This document shows, in pieces, positions 1-10,961 of a stretch of DNA of 64,000 nucleotides. The DNA is taken from assembly GCF_000143415.4 (NCBI RefSeq), contig NW_003314391.1, positions 1 through 64,000 of the forward strand. Reading direction: 5' to 3'. Origin of the DNA: Selaginella moellendorffii. Taxonomy: Eukaryota > Plantae > Lycopodiophyta. Numbering within the stretch: the stretch's first letter is position 1; every line of letters begins with the position of its first letter. The notes beneath the pieces are model-generated. The model ran no database searches. It saw only the letters and a list, made by a program, of their open reading frames with translations, and was not told the DNA's origin. The translations under genes were made by a program, and so were the position numbers.

Positions 1-7
1 ATATATG

Positions 8-56
<49 letters not shown>

Positions 57-120
57 GTATATATATAGATATATAGTAGTGTAGTATATAGATATATATA
101 GGGATAGATATATATATATA
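1..120. repeat. (TA)n-rich microsatellite
   Basis: Nearly pure TA/TATG/TAGA short repeats. Confidence 0.9.
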
Positions 121-1034
121 GCGTGATATAGTGCTCCATAGCCGCTATATATAGAGGTGGTCTAGAGGATTTTTTGAATTTGTCAGTAGTAGCGCTATTT
201 TTATTGAGAGTTTTTATATATAAACATGCTTAGAAAAAAATTAATCTTATCGAATATACTAGAAAGTGTTGTTTATAAATTATAAACATGTTTATAAATT
301 ACACATGGTTCCAATGAAGTCCAGCAAGCTTCCATCAGCAATTGGCTTGTCACCTGTAGAGCAAAGAGAGCAATATCAGCCCTCTAGAGGCTGCAGTATG
401 ACTTGGACTTGGAGAGTATATGTATAAGATGCCAATACCTGTGAATATGTGGCTCTTGAAACTCTCTCCAAAGAATCGAAGAGGCAAGAATGGCTGGTCA
501 TGGAGCTCCACAGCAAGAGATCACTCGGTAACCCAATAAACAGAATTTAAATCTCTACCAGTTTTGGATTTTGATCTAGTGATGCCACCAAAGACATACA
601 TAATCTATCAGCTCAACAAAATGGGTTTTGGGATTGCATGAAATGGGTTTTAGGATTGTAGATCACTTTGTTCCATTCACAAAAAACTACATTGTAGACA
701 TTCACAAGGCCAGCTAGCAAAGCAGCAGCACCACTCTTCGTTAAAATTATGTTGTAGCTTTTACTTTCGAACACATAAAAAATGCCACACATTCAGAAAT
801 CTTTGAAAGGCTGGCCATGGCAGGGAATTCTTGTGCAAGGCTCCATAACAGAGTTGCTTCCAGATTCTCGTAGAGCCTTCGAGCATCAAGGAAAATCATG
901 CGGCAGCCTTCCTGAGAAAGGTATCTCACAGCGGCATGGTGGACTTTTCAATGCTGGCTGGTCCAATGATATACCGAAATCCATACATATGGGTTGCCTC
1001 GCCTCTTATTGTAACTCAGAAATTACACCCTCTT

Positions 1035-1587
1035 CCGGCACTACTTCTGGGCATCCACGGATGAAATCGATCAGCCTTCCTTGCCCATACAATGGCAAGG
1101 GATAGAGCATAGGCCAATCTTAAGGATCCTAGTGAAGAAATCCAGAAAAAAATCACTTTTTATTTTCCATGCTAGAACTCTTTTCTTACCTTGGAGGCAA
1201 GGATTGTGGCATCCTATTCCAAGAAGAGAGTCATGTGGCTCATGCGATTGAAGCATCTGGTGAGGAAATTGTTGCACCTCCCAACTTGCCAAAGCTGCCA
1301 ATGTGATCGATCGCCTTCTGGAATGACTTGGTGTTAAGCATGATCCCATCACTCACTCCCCCAAAATCGGCAATGGAGAAAATGCATGGCCGTACCATTG
1401 GTAGTCTTGGGACCAGCCTGCTGTCCATGCTGTTGCATCCTTGGATAGCTGGTGAGCAATCACCCAGCAACAACAGCGATGGCAATGAATTCTTCACAGT
1501 GCCTTCTTTGCTCAATAGTGAACACTTTGCATGTGACATGTGTTGCAATGCCTTCCTCTCCCACCCCACGCAGTTTGGCCACCTCTC
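1035..1587 (-). pseudogene. Polygalacturonase (GH28/pectin-lyase-like) pseudogene fragment, interrupted by the LTR element; 5' part appears to resume at ~16643-16690
   Basis: Minus-strand translation gives SIADFGGVSDGIMLNTKSFQKAIDHI..GGA, then after a frameshift FNRMSHMTLFLE*DATILASK, an intron, and DP*DWPMLYPLPLYGQGR. These match plant GH28 N-terminal motifs; stops and a frameshift are present. Confidence 0.75.
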
Positions 1588-2725
1588 TGTAAGCCACAAA
1601 TTTTTCCCTTTCCAATTTGCCAGCTTACCTCGTCTATCCGTCCGACCTTGCCTTGGCTTTTGCTAAGTTCCCTCGCCAAGGTTACCGCCTATAATACCAA
1701 CTCCTACTTGGTCCTACTTGGTTTCAGCTACTCACTGCACGAGCAACGGAGTGTTAGCCATCTATCCACGGATTCCCAATCTCTCCTAATCCCCCTCCCC
1801 GGGTTAGACTGGACTTAAGGTTCGGCTACACTCCCTGCAGGCACAAGCAGCTAAGCACACCAAGCCTCCAGGTTCCTAACACCCCTTGGTACCACAATAC
1901 TTGATCATGGGACCCTCTAAATCCCAAGTCTTGGGTGCAACACTTGCTTCCGGATGCCGGGGCAAAACACCGTGGCCTAACGGCCCGGTATGGGTACCTC
2001 TACCCCCCCACTTCCATCCCGAAGGAAGGCCCAAGCCCCTAGGAGGGGCGAGGACCAATGAGCCACCTAGTACTCAAGTGGGGCACCACTCCACATGAGC
2101 TGGGAGCACTGCATTCGGTTTCCTTTTCGGGAGTGGGAGCTGCTCTTGAGCACTTCCTTGGATGGCCCCTCCAACACCAACCAAGTCCATACTCACTCCC
2201 ACCCAAGGCCCCTCAGTCCCAGTCTCAACCTCAAGTCGGTTTGGAAGCCCCACTGGAGAGTCCCTTCAAAACTGGTTCCTGGACCTCACTATCCCTACTA
2301 TACTTTTGGAACCCCCTGCAGCCCCCCGCCCCCCCCCTGGGAAATGCACGCTTTGGGCTTTCACCCCTTGACCCAGATTAGGATTTGGACTCCGTCTCTG
2401 GCTCAATCTCCGACTCCATTTCCGATCCGACTTCCGATTCGGGCTCGGACTCCATCTCGAACCCGATCTCGGACCCGAGCTCCGACCCGACCTCGGACTC
2501 GGTCTCGGACCTGATTTCCGATCGTGGACTCCGTCTTGAACTCGGTCTCAAACTCGGTCCCCGAGTCGGCCTTGGACTTGATTCCGGACTCTATCTTGAA
2601 CTCGATCTTAGAGTCGGTCTTGGACTCGATCTTCGACTTGGTCCCATCCAATGAACTCTTTGTCATTTGGTCATGCTTTTGGGGTTCCTTTAGCCTACGA
2701 CACCTCGGCGAGTTGGTTCCTTACA
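1588..2725 (-). repeat. 3' LTR of outer gypsy element
   Basis: TGTAAGCC...CCTTACA, homologous to 15496-16642; contains degenerate GACTCG/GGACTC hexamer arrays. Confidence 0.93.
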
Positions 2726-3130
2726 ACTCCACCACCCATAGAAGAAGTTCGATGCCCACATCGAACGTCTCTCTTTTTGATCCTACGACTTGTTGACCAT
2801 GTCTTCGGGGGCATCCCCCCACTTAGTGGTGTGCCTAAGTTAGCCTCCCCGGCCAAGAGCCCATGACAACGGAATATAGGTGTCCCTATACTCCTCACCT
2901 CACCACACCCTAGTATGGGGTCGGGACTTGAACCCAGCCTTGCTTTACTAGGGGGTTGGGACTCGAACCCAACCTCCGTAGAATACGTCTACGGATTCGA
3001 CATCCCCGCAGGGAGTTGGGCGTAGCTCCCTACGCCTGGTCGACCTAGCTAACCCATGCTAATTAGCTTACCTTCGGCACGCCTTCGGGTCCCAACATAT
3101 GCCATTGCTCAACTTCACCAATTGATACTT

Positions 3131-3431
3131 TTAATTGAACTTTGCATAAGTACATAGAGTTCTGCCTTGCAGAAATTCCTCCACTAGATCTCGCGCGTTC
3201 GCTAGGTTCTCCTCCGGTTCCCATGTCGCTTCACAGTGTGGAAATCCTTTCCACTTCACATGGAACTCTCTCACCTTGTGTCCTTGTCGCTTGCTCTTGC
3301 GCGCATTGAGGATGGCCTCGACTTCATATTCCTCTTCCCCTTGGATAACCTCAGGTAAAGGCCTTACTTGGTCCTTGCAAAGCGGATCCTCAAAGTACGG
3401 CTTGAGTAAGTTCATGTGGAACACGGGGTGC
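3131..3431 (-). pseudogene. C-terminal integrase/chromodomain of outer element, cut off from the rest of pol by the inner insertion
   Basis: HPVFHMNLLKPY...[13 protein letters not shown]...[22 protein letters not shown] (group I chromodomain). Confidence 0.9.
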
Positions 3432-4579
3432 TGTAAGGAACCGACTCCCCGAGGTGTCGTAGGCTAAAGGATCCCCAAAAGCTTGACCGAAGTGACAAAG
3501 AGTTCATCGGATGGGACCAAGTCGAGGATCGAGTCCAAGACCGACTCTAGGACCGAGTTCGAGATAGAGTCCGGAATCGAGTCCGAGACCGACTCGGGGA
3601 CCGAGTTCGAGTCCGAGTTCGAGACCGAGTTCGAGACGGAGTCCGAGATCCGAAATCGGGTCCAAGACCGAGTCCGAGGTCGAGTCCGAGGTCGGGTCCG
3701 AGATCGGGTCCGAGATCGAGTCCGTGATCGAGTCCGAACCCGAATCCGAAGTCGGATCCGAAATCGGGTCCGAGATCGAGCCAGAGACTAAGTCCAAATA
3801 CTAATACGGGTCAAGGGGTGAAAGCCCAAAGCGTGCGTCTCCCAGGGGGGGGGGGCTGCAGGGGGTTCCAAAAGTATAGTAGGGATAGTGAGGTCCAGGA
3901 ACCAGTTTTGAAGGGACTCTCCAGTTGGGCTTCCAAACCGACTTGAGGTTGGGACTGGGACCGAGGGGCCTTGGGTGGGAGTGAGCATGGACTTGGCTGG
4001 TGCCGGAGGGGCCATCCAAGGAAGTGCTCAAGAGCAGCTCCCACTCCCGAAAGGGAAACCGATTGCGGTGCTCCCGGCTCATGCGGAGTGGTGCCCCACT
4101 TGAGTACCATGCGGCTCATTGGTCCTCGCCCTTCCTAGGGGCTTGGGCCTTCCTTCGGGAGGGAAATGGGGGGCGAGAGGTACCCATACCGGGCCGCTAG
4201 GCCACGGTGTTTCGCCCCGGCGTCCCGAAGCAAGTGTTGCACTCAAGACTTGGGATTTAGAGGGTCCCATGATCAAGTCTTGTGGTACCAAGGGATGTTA
4301 GGAACCTGGAAGCTTGGTGTGCTTGGCTGCTTGTGCTTGCGGGGAGTGTAGCCGAACCTTAAGTCCAGTCTAACCCGGGGAGGGGGATTGGGAGTGATTT
4401 GGGAATCCATGGAAGGATGGCTAACACTCCGTTGCTCGTGCAGTGAGTAGCTGAAACCAAGTAGGAGCTGGTACCATAGGCGAGAACCTTGGCAAGGGAA
4501 CTTAGCAAAAGCCAAGGCAGTGTTGGACGGATAGGCGAGGTAAGCTGGCAAAGTGGAAAGGAAAAATTTGTGGCTTACA
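3432..4579 (+). repeat. 5' LTR of inner element
   Basis: TGTAAGGAA...GGCTTACA; near-identical to 9814-10961. Confidence 0.96.
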
Positions 4580-4582
4580 ATT

Positions 4583-4595
4583 TGGTATCGGAGCC
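4583..4595 (+). promoter_or_regulatory. Primer binding site (initiator tRNA-Met type)
   Basis: TGGTATCGGAGCC 3 nt after the LTR; canonical plant tRNAiMet PBS is TGGTATCAGAGC. Confidence 0.85.
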
Positions 4596-4638
4596 TTCTC
4601 CTCAGTTCTAGCGAAGGATAGAGGCGGATTGCTGGGAG

Positions 4639-7600
4639 ATGGCAAGGGCAGGGCGTAAGCGAACCCAGGCGGGGACAGAACCTCCGCCAGAGCTGGAGCC
4701 TCCGGTCGAACAAGAGGCTATGGATGAGGAATCCTTGCATGAGGAGGACTCTAGTGAGGAAACTTCCAAACAGGAGTCCGGTGGCGAGGTTCGGTCGTCC
4801 AAGGCTCGATTGGACGTTCTAGAAGGTCAATTGGCGCAGACCAATGCCCTGCTGGAGACTCTCGTACGCAAGCTAAAGCGTGACGAGAAACGGAAGAAAA
4901 GGCAAAAGACTGCGGATGCGGGCAGCGCAGAAGGTGCGGACCCTTCGGCAGGGACTGAGGCAAAACCAGACAAGGTCGAACAGACCGAAGTGGAATCAGT
5001 CCCTCAGGCAGTTCCCAAGTACAAACCAAAGCCCCCACCGGTGTTCAAGGGAGTGAACGACTATAAGGTTGTGGAGGATTGGTTTTACGATATGGAGGAC
5101 TACTTCCGAGCGTTACGGTTACCGAGCTCGGAGAAGGTCCCATGTGCAAAACCATACTTGGCAGATAATGCCAAGTCTTGGTGGAGAACAACGGAGGCCA
5201 ACGAAGGACCGGTGGCCACCTGGGACATGATGAAGGCGAGGATCCGCGCGACATACGTTCCTCCGAATGCCACGCTGCATCTGAGAGATGAGCTGAGTAG
5301 GCTGAAGCAGACTGGAACCATCCAGGAATATGTGAATGGGTTCATGGCAAAGAGGATACTTGTCACGGACATGGGGGATATGGATGCGTTCCATGCCTTC
5401 ATATCAGGTTTGCAAACCTGGGCTCGCGGTGAGGTGATGCGCTGGAACCCGACCAACTACAAGGAAGCGTTGGATGCGGCCATCAAGGTGCATTTCAACG
5501 ATAACCTGCGAAAGGGGAACACGACGGGGTCGGGATCCACGTTTCACAAAGGGGCCAAACCGAGGGGAACATATAGCAGGGGGAAATTCAAGAAGAGTTT
5601 CTCTAAGAATGAGTCCTCGGGATTTCGGAAAGGCAAATCCGGTGGCCAGCGAGCAAGTACGTGGGGGAGTCAAGCGAAAAGAGACAAACCCACGGATAAG
5701 AAGGTCAAGTCATATAGCAGCGTGGGAAATAACGTATGCTATAACTGCGGTGAAGCGGGACACTTTTCGAGGGAATGTCCCTACCCGAAGAAGGCCAGAG
5801 CCAATATGGCCATCAAGTCGGGCGAAGTCCAAAATGAGGTATGTGATCCAGTCCCTAACTCAAAGTTACTCATTACACGAGCAACTTTGGTAGAGAGTCG
5901 TTCGCGACATCTACTAGCCCTCCGAGGGAAGCTCGGAGGTAGCTTTGTTAAGATCCTTATTGACACGGGTGCTTCGGATAATTTTGTGGCTGCAGACATA
6001 GTCCGGCAAGCCGGACTAACGGTGCAGCGGCTAGGCGAACCAAGGACTATAGAGTTTGTTCAAGGTAGCCAAAGCACCGATGAGGTACTTCGACAAGCGA
6101 AAGTCGAAGTAGGGACATGGAAGGTAGACATGGATTTCACCGTGTTGGACATGGCGGGATTTGACGTGATCTTCGGAATGGATTGGTTCAATCGGTTCGT
6201 GGTAGCCCTACATGGACAAGGTAGGAACCTTGTGGTACTGGCGAATGCCCAAGGAAGAAGATCTAGGGTGGAAGCCCAGGATCTAAAGGTAGGGCAAAGC
6301 AAGGCCAAAGAATCCTGCTTAAACCTGGTGTCCACGAGAGGACAACTCACTAAAGGAACTAAGGCAGCCTTTTTGTGCTTAGTCTCGGTGAAGAGTGACA
6401 AAAAGACAAGAACGGAAGAAGTGCCTTTAGTGATCCAGCGGGTGTTGGACCAATTCCAGGATACCATGCCGGAGGAGCTACCGGCGGGGCTGCCCCCAGC
6501 ACGACCGATAGAACATAAGATTGAGCTGGTCGAGGGTGCTGAGGCAGTGGTTCGTCCCCCTTATCGTTTGAACGAAAAAGAACTCAAGGAGCTCAAGTGC
6601 CAACTAGAGGAGTTGGTGGACAAAGGGTATGTTAGGTTGAGCAAGTCGCTGTATGGGGCGCCGGTGTTATTTGTGAAAAAGAAAGATGGATCTATGCGCA
6701 TGTGCATAGACTACCGCTTGCTCAACAAGTATACAAAGAAGAACAAGTACCCTTTGCCAAGGATTGAGGACCTGTTCGATAGGTTGGGAAAGGCAAAATA
6801 CTTCTCGAGGATTGACCTAAGGTCAGGATACTACCAGATCAGGGTAGCCGAGGAAGATGTCGAGAAGACAACCTGTCGAACGAGGTATGGGAGCTTTGAG
6901 TTTCTGGTGATGCCCTTCGGGCTATGTAATGCGCCGGCAACGTTTTCGGCGCTAATGAACCACGTCTTTGTACCCTACCTGGATCACTTCGTGGTCGTCT
7001 ATATCGACGACATCCTGATCTATAGCGAGACGCTAGAAGAGCATGCCGAACACTTGGCGAAGGTGTTTGAGAAACTAAGGGAACACAAGCTGTATGCTAA
7101 AGAGAGCAAATGTGACTTTGCTCAACAAGAGGTAAAGTTTCTCGGGCATGTGGTGGGCCAGGACGGGCTCAAGGTGGACCCGGAGAAGGTCCAAGCGATC
7201 CAGGAATGGGAGCGACCATCGAATGTACATGAGTTGAGGGCGTTCCTGGGGCTATGCAACTACTATCGAAAGTTTATCAGACACTATTCGAGAGTAGCCC
7301 TGCCCTTAACGGACCAAACAGGAAAAGGGAAGATGGTATGGACAGCAGAATGCGAGGCGGCATTCGTCCACCTCAAAGGGAAGTTGAGGAAGGCTCCCGT
7401 ATTGGCATTGCCAGACTTTGGTAAGGACTTTGAGGTAGAAACAGATGCTTCGGACTTTGCGTTGGGCGCAGTTCTGAAGCAAGACAACCATCCGGTAGCG
7501 TTCTTCTCGAAGAAGCTGGACAAGGCTCAACGGAAGTGGCCTGCCCATGAGAAGGAATTGTTTGCGGTGGTCAAGGCACTCAAGGAGTGGCGACACTACC

Positions 7601-9409
7601 TTGGGAGACACTTCAAGGTTTACACGGACAATGTGGCAACGAAACACTTCTTGTCACAGCCCGACCTAAGAGGGAAACAAGGTCGGTGGGCCAATGCCTT
7701 GGCCGAGTTTGATTGCGAAATTCTGTACAAGCCTGGGAAGAGCAACATCGTGGCGGATGCGCTAAGTCGAAAAGCGAGCTTGAAGTTGGCAATATCCAGC
7801 GCAACAGCAACCTTCTGGGATGATGTGCGGACAGCATATGAGAACGATGGTCTAGCACAAGAAGTGTTGCTGAGGAATCTAGAGGCGCGGGAAGCTCACC
7901 AGAGAGGTGAGCTGCCAACGGAAGAGAAAACGGGCTATGCGGAACGCAACGGACTCATTTATTACAAGCAAACGAGGGTGTATGTTCCAGAAGGGGAACT
8001 AAGGAAGGTGGCCTTAGAAGAGTGTCATGACGGACCTCTTGCGGGACACGGCGGAGTGCCCAAGACGATGGGCTTACTCAAGAGGAAGTACCATTGGCCA
8101 GATATGGCTAAGGACGTCCAAGACTATGTAAAGACATGTCCAACATGTCAGCAGGTCAAAGCCGTGACTAAGGCTAGTGGGGGCTTGTTGCAAAGCATCC
8201 CAATTCCAGATCGCCCGTGGAAATGTCTTACGATGGACTTCATCACGGGACTACCCCCAAGCGAGGGGTTCGATGCGATATTCGTGGTGGTGGACCGATT
8301 TTCAAAGATGGCACATTTCATACCCACCACAACGGACGTGGATGCGGAAGGTGTGGCGAAGCTGTTCTTTGAACAAGTGGTTCGAGTGCGGGGAAGGCCG
8401 GAAGAGATTATCTCAGATCGAGATAAGATCTTCACTAGTAGGTTCTGGAGGACACTCCTAGAACAGTATCGCACCAAATTGAAATTCAGCACAGCCTATC
8501 ACCCACAGACAGGTAATGGGTATTAAGTCAAGATTGATGGCACTAACACTTCTTGACAGACGGACAAACGGAAAGGGTGAATAGGCAGCTGGAGGATTAT
8601 TTGCGATGCTATGTCTCGGGAGACCAGACCGACTGGGTAAGTCATTTGGGACTTGCGGAAATGTGTTATAACAACTCACCACACTCAAGCATCGGGGTGA
8701 GTCCATGGGAAGTCATCAATGGGCGAGCTATTGAAGGTCCTGTGGAACTCGGCGTGGCCGAGTATCATGGAGAGTTACCCGCAGTGGAGGCATTCACGGC
8801 GGAAAGACTCAACATTTGGAATCTAGTGAGGGATTCCTTGGAACGGGCTCAACAAAGGCAAACTAAGTACGCGAACCAAAAGCGTCGGGATGTGGAGTTC
8901 CAAGCTGGGGAGAAGGTGTGGCTGAACACCAAGAACCTCAGACTACCAAGCTGGATCAGCCGAAAGTTGACCCAAAGGTAAAGACGCATGTATTCCTGTA
9001 AATGAATTGATCTTGAGTTCCTTAAGCAGGTTCGCGGGGCCTTATGAAATTGAGGCACGAATCGGTAAAGTGGCTTACCGACTCCGACTTCCTCGAGAGA
9101 TGGGGAAGATGCACCCAGTGTTCCACGTGAACTTACTCAAGCCGTACTTTGAGGATCCGCTTCGCAAGGACCAAGTGAGACCTTTACCTGAGGTTATCCA
9201 AGGGGAAGAGGAATACGAAGTCGAGGCCATCCTCAATGCGCGCAAGAGCAAGCGACAAGGACGCGAGGTGAGAGAGTCCATGTGAAGTGGAAAGGATTTC
9301 CACACTGCGAAGCAACATGGGAACCGGAGGAGAACCTAGCGAACGCACGAGATCTAGTGGAGGAATTTCTGCAAGGCAGAACTTTATGTACTTATGCAAA
9401 ATTCAATTA
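4639..9409 (+). CDS. Gag-Pol polyprotein; predicted exons 4639-8512, 8560-8977, 9030-~9409, with a 1-nt deletion at ~9279 frameshifting the chromodomain
   Basis: Gag, CCHC knuckle, protease LIDTGA, RT YIDD, RNase H, IN HHCC. Removing two GT-AG segments restores YHPQTDGQTER and KLTQRFAGPY. Confidence 0.88.
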
Positions 9410-9813
9410 AAAATATCAATTTGCAAAGTTGAGCAAATGGCATATGTTGGGACCCGAAGGCGCGCCAAAGGTAAGCTAATTAGCATGAGTTGGATAGGTC
9501 GACCAGGCGTAGGGCACTACGCCCGACTCCCTGCGGGGATGTCGAATCCGTAGACGTATTCTACGGAGGTTGGGTTCGAGTCCCAACCCCCTAGTAAAGC
9601 AAGGCTGGGTTCAAGTCCCGACCCTATACTAGGGCGTGGTGAGGTGGGGAGTATAGGGACACCTATATTCCGTTGTCATGGGCTCTTGGCCGGGGAGGCT
9701 AACTTAGGCACACCGCTAAGTGGGGGGATGCCCCCGGAGACATGGACAACAAGTCGTAGGATAAAACGAGACGTTCGATGTGGGCATCGTACTTCTTCTA
9801 TGGGTGGTGGAGT

Positions 9814-10961
9814 TGTAAGGAACCGACTCCCCGAGGTGTCGTAGGCTAAAGGATCCCCAAAAGCTTGACCGAAGTGACAAAGAGTTCATCGGATGGGACC
9901 AAGTCGAGGATCGAGTCCAAGACCGACTCTAGGACCGAGTTCGAGATAGAGTCCGGAATCGAGTCCGAGACCGACTCGGGGACCGAGTTCGAGTCCGAGT
10001 TCGAGACCGAGTTCGAGACGGAGTCCGAGATCCGAAATCGGGTCCAAGACCGAGTCCGAGGTCGAGTCCGAGGTCGGGTCCGAGATCGGGTCCGAGATCG
10101 AGTCCGTGATCGAGTCCGAACCCGAATCCGAAGTCGGATCCGAAATCGGGTCCGAGATCGAGCCAGAGACTAAGTCCAAATACTAATACGGGTCAAGGGG
10201 TGAAAGCCCAAAGCGTGCGTCTCCCAGGGGGGGGGGGCTGCAGGGGGTTCCAAAAGTATAGTAGGGATAGTGAGGTCCAGGAACCAGTTTTGAAGGGACT
10301 CTCCAGTTGGGCTTCCAAACCGACTTGAGGTTGGGACTGGGACCGAGGGGCCTTGGGTGGGAGTGAGCATGGACTTGGCTGGTGCCGGAGGGGCCATCCA
10401 AGGAAGTGCTCAAGAGCAGCTCCCACTCCCGAAAGGGAAACCGATTGTGGTGCTCCCGGCTCATGCGGAGTGGTGCCCCACTTGAGTACCATGCGGCTCA
10501 TTGGTCCTCGCCCTTCCTAGGGGCTTGGGCCTTCCTTCGGGAGGGAAATGGGGGGCGAGAGGTACCCATACCGGGCCGCTAGGCCACGGTGTTTCGCCCC
10601 GGCGTCCCGAAGCAAGTGTTGCACTCAAGACTTGGGATTTAGAGGGTCCCATGATCAAGTCTTGTGGTACCAAGGGATGTTAGGAACCTGGAAGCTTGGT
10701 GTGCTTGGCTGCTTGTGCTTGCGGGGAGTGTAGCCGAACCTTAAGTCCAGTCTAACCCGGGGAGGGGGATTGGGAGTGATTTGGGAATCCATGGAAGGAT
10801 GGCTAACACTCCGTTGCTCGTGCAGTGAGTAGCTGAAACCAAGTAGGAGCTGGTACCATAGGCGAGAACCTTGGCGAGGGAACTTAGCAAAAGCCAAGGC
10901 AGTGTTGGACGGATAGGCGAGGTAAGCTGGCAAAGTGGAAAGGAAAAATTTGTGGCTTACA
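9814..10961 (+). repeat. 3' LTR of inner element
   Basis: Preceded by PPT, followed by TSD GGTGC. Confidence 0.96.

Larger units (their letters stand above)
3432..10961 (+). mobile_element. Ty3/gypsy chromovirus-type LTR retrotransposon (inner, very young)
   Basis: 1148-bp LTRs 3432-4579 and 9814-10961 (only two differences seen by eye). Perfect TSD GGTGC (3427-3431/10962-10966). PBS TGGTATCGGAGCC 4583-4595; PPT 9801-9813. Confidence 0.97.

Noticed and set aside
2385-2666. SD/RDRV-repeat ORFs in LTRs (also 3483-3797, 9865-10179, 16693-17491, 49433-50053)
   Set aside because: Open frames produced by stop-free hexamer/dodecamer repeats in LTRs; no evidence of coding.
8513-8559. Programmed frameshift/readthrough as explanation for the split pol
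   Set aside because: The extra 46-52 nt have GT..AG ends and vary by 1 nt between copies, and exact removal restores conserved motifs; splicing fits better.
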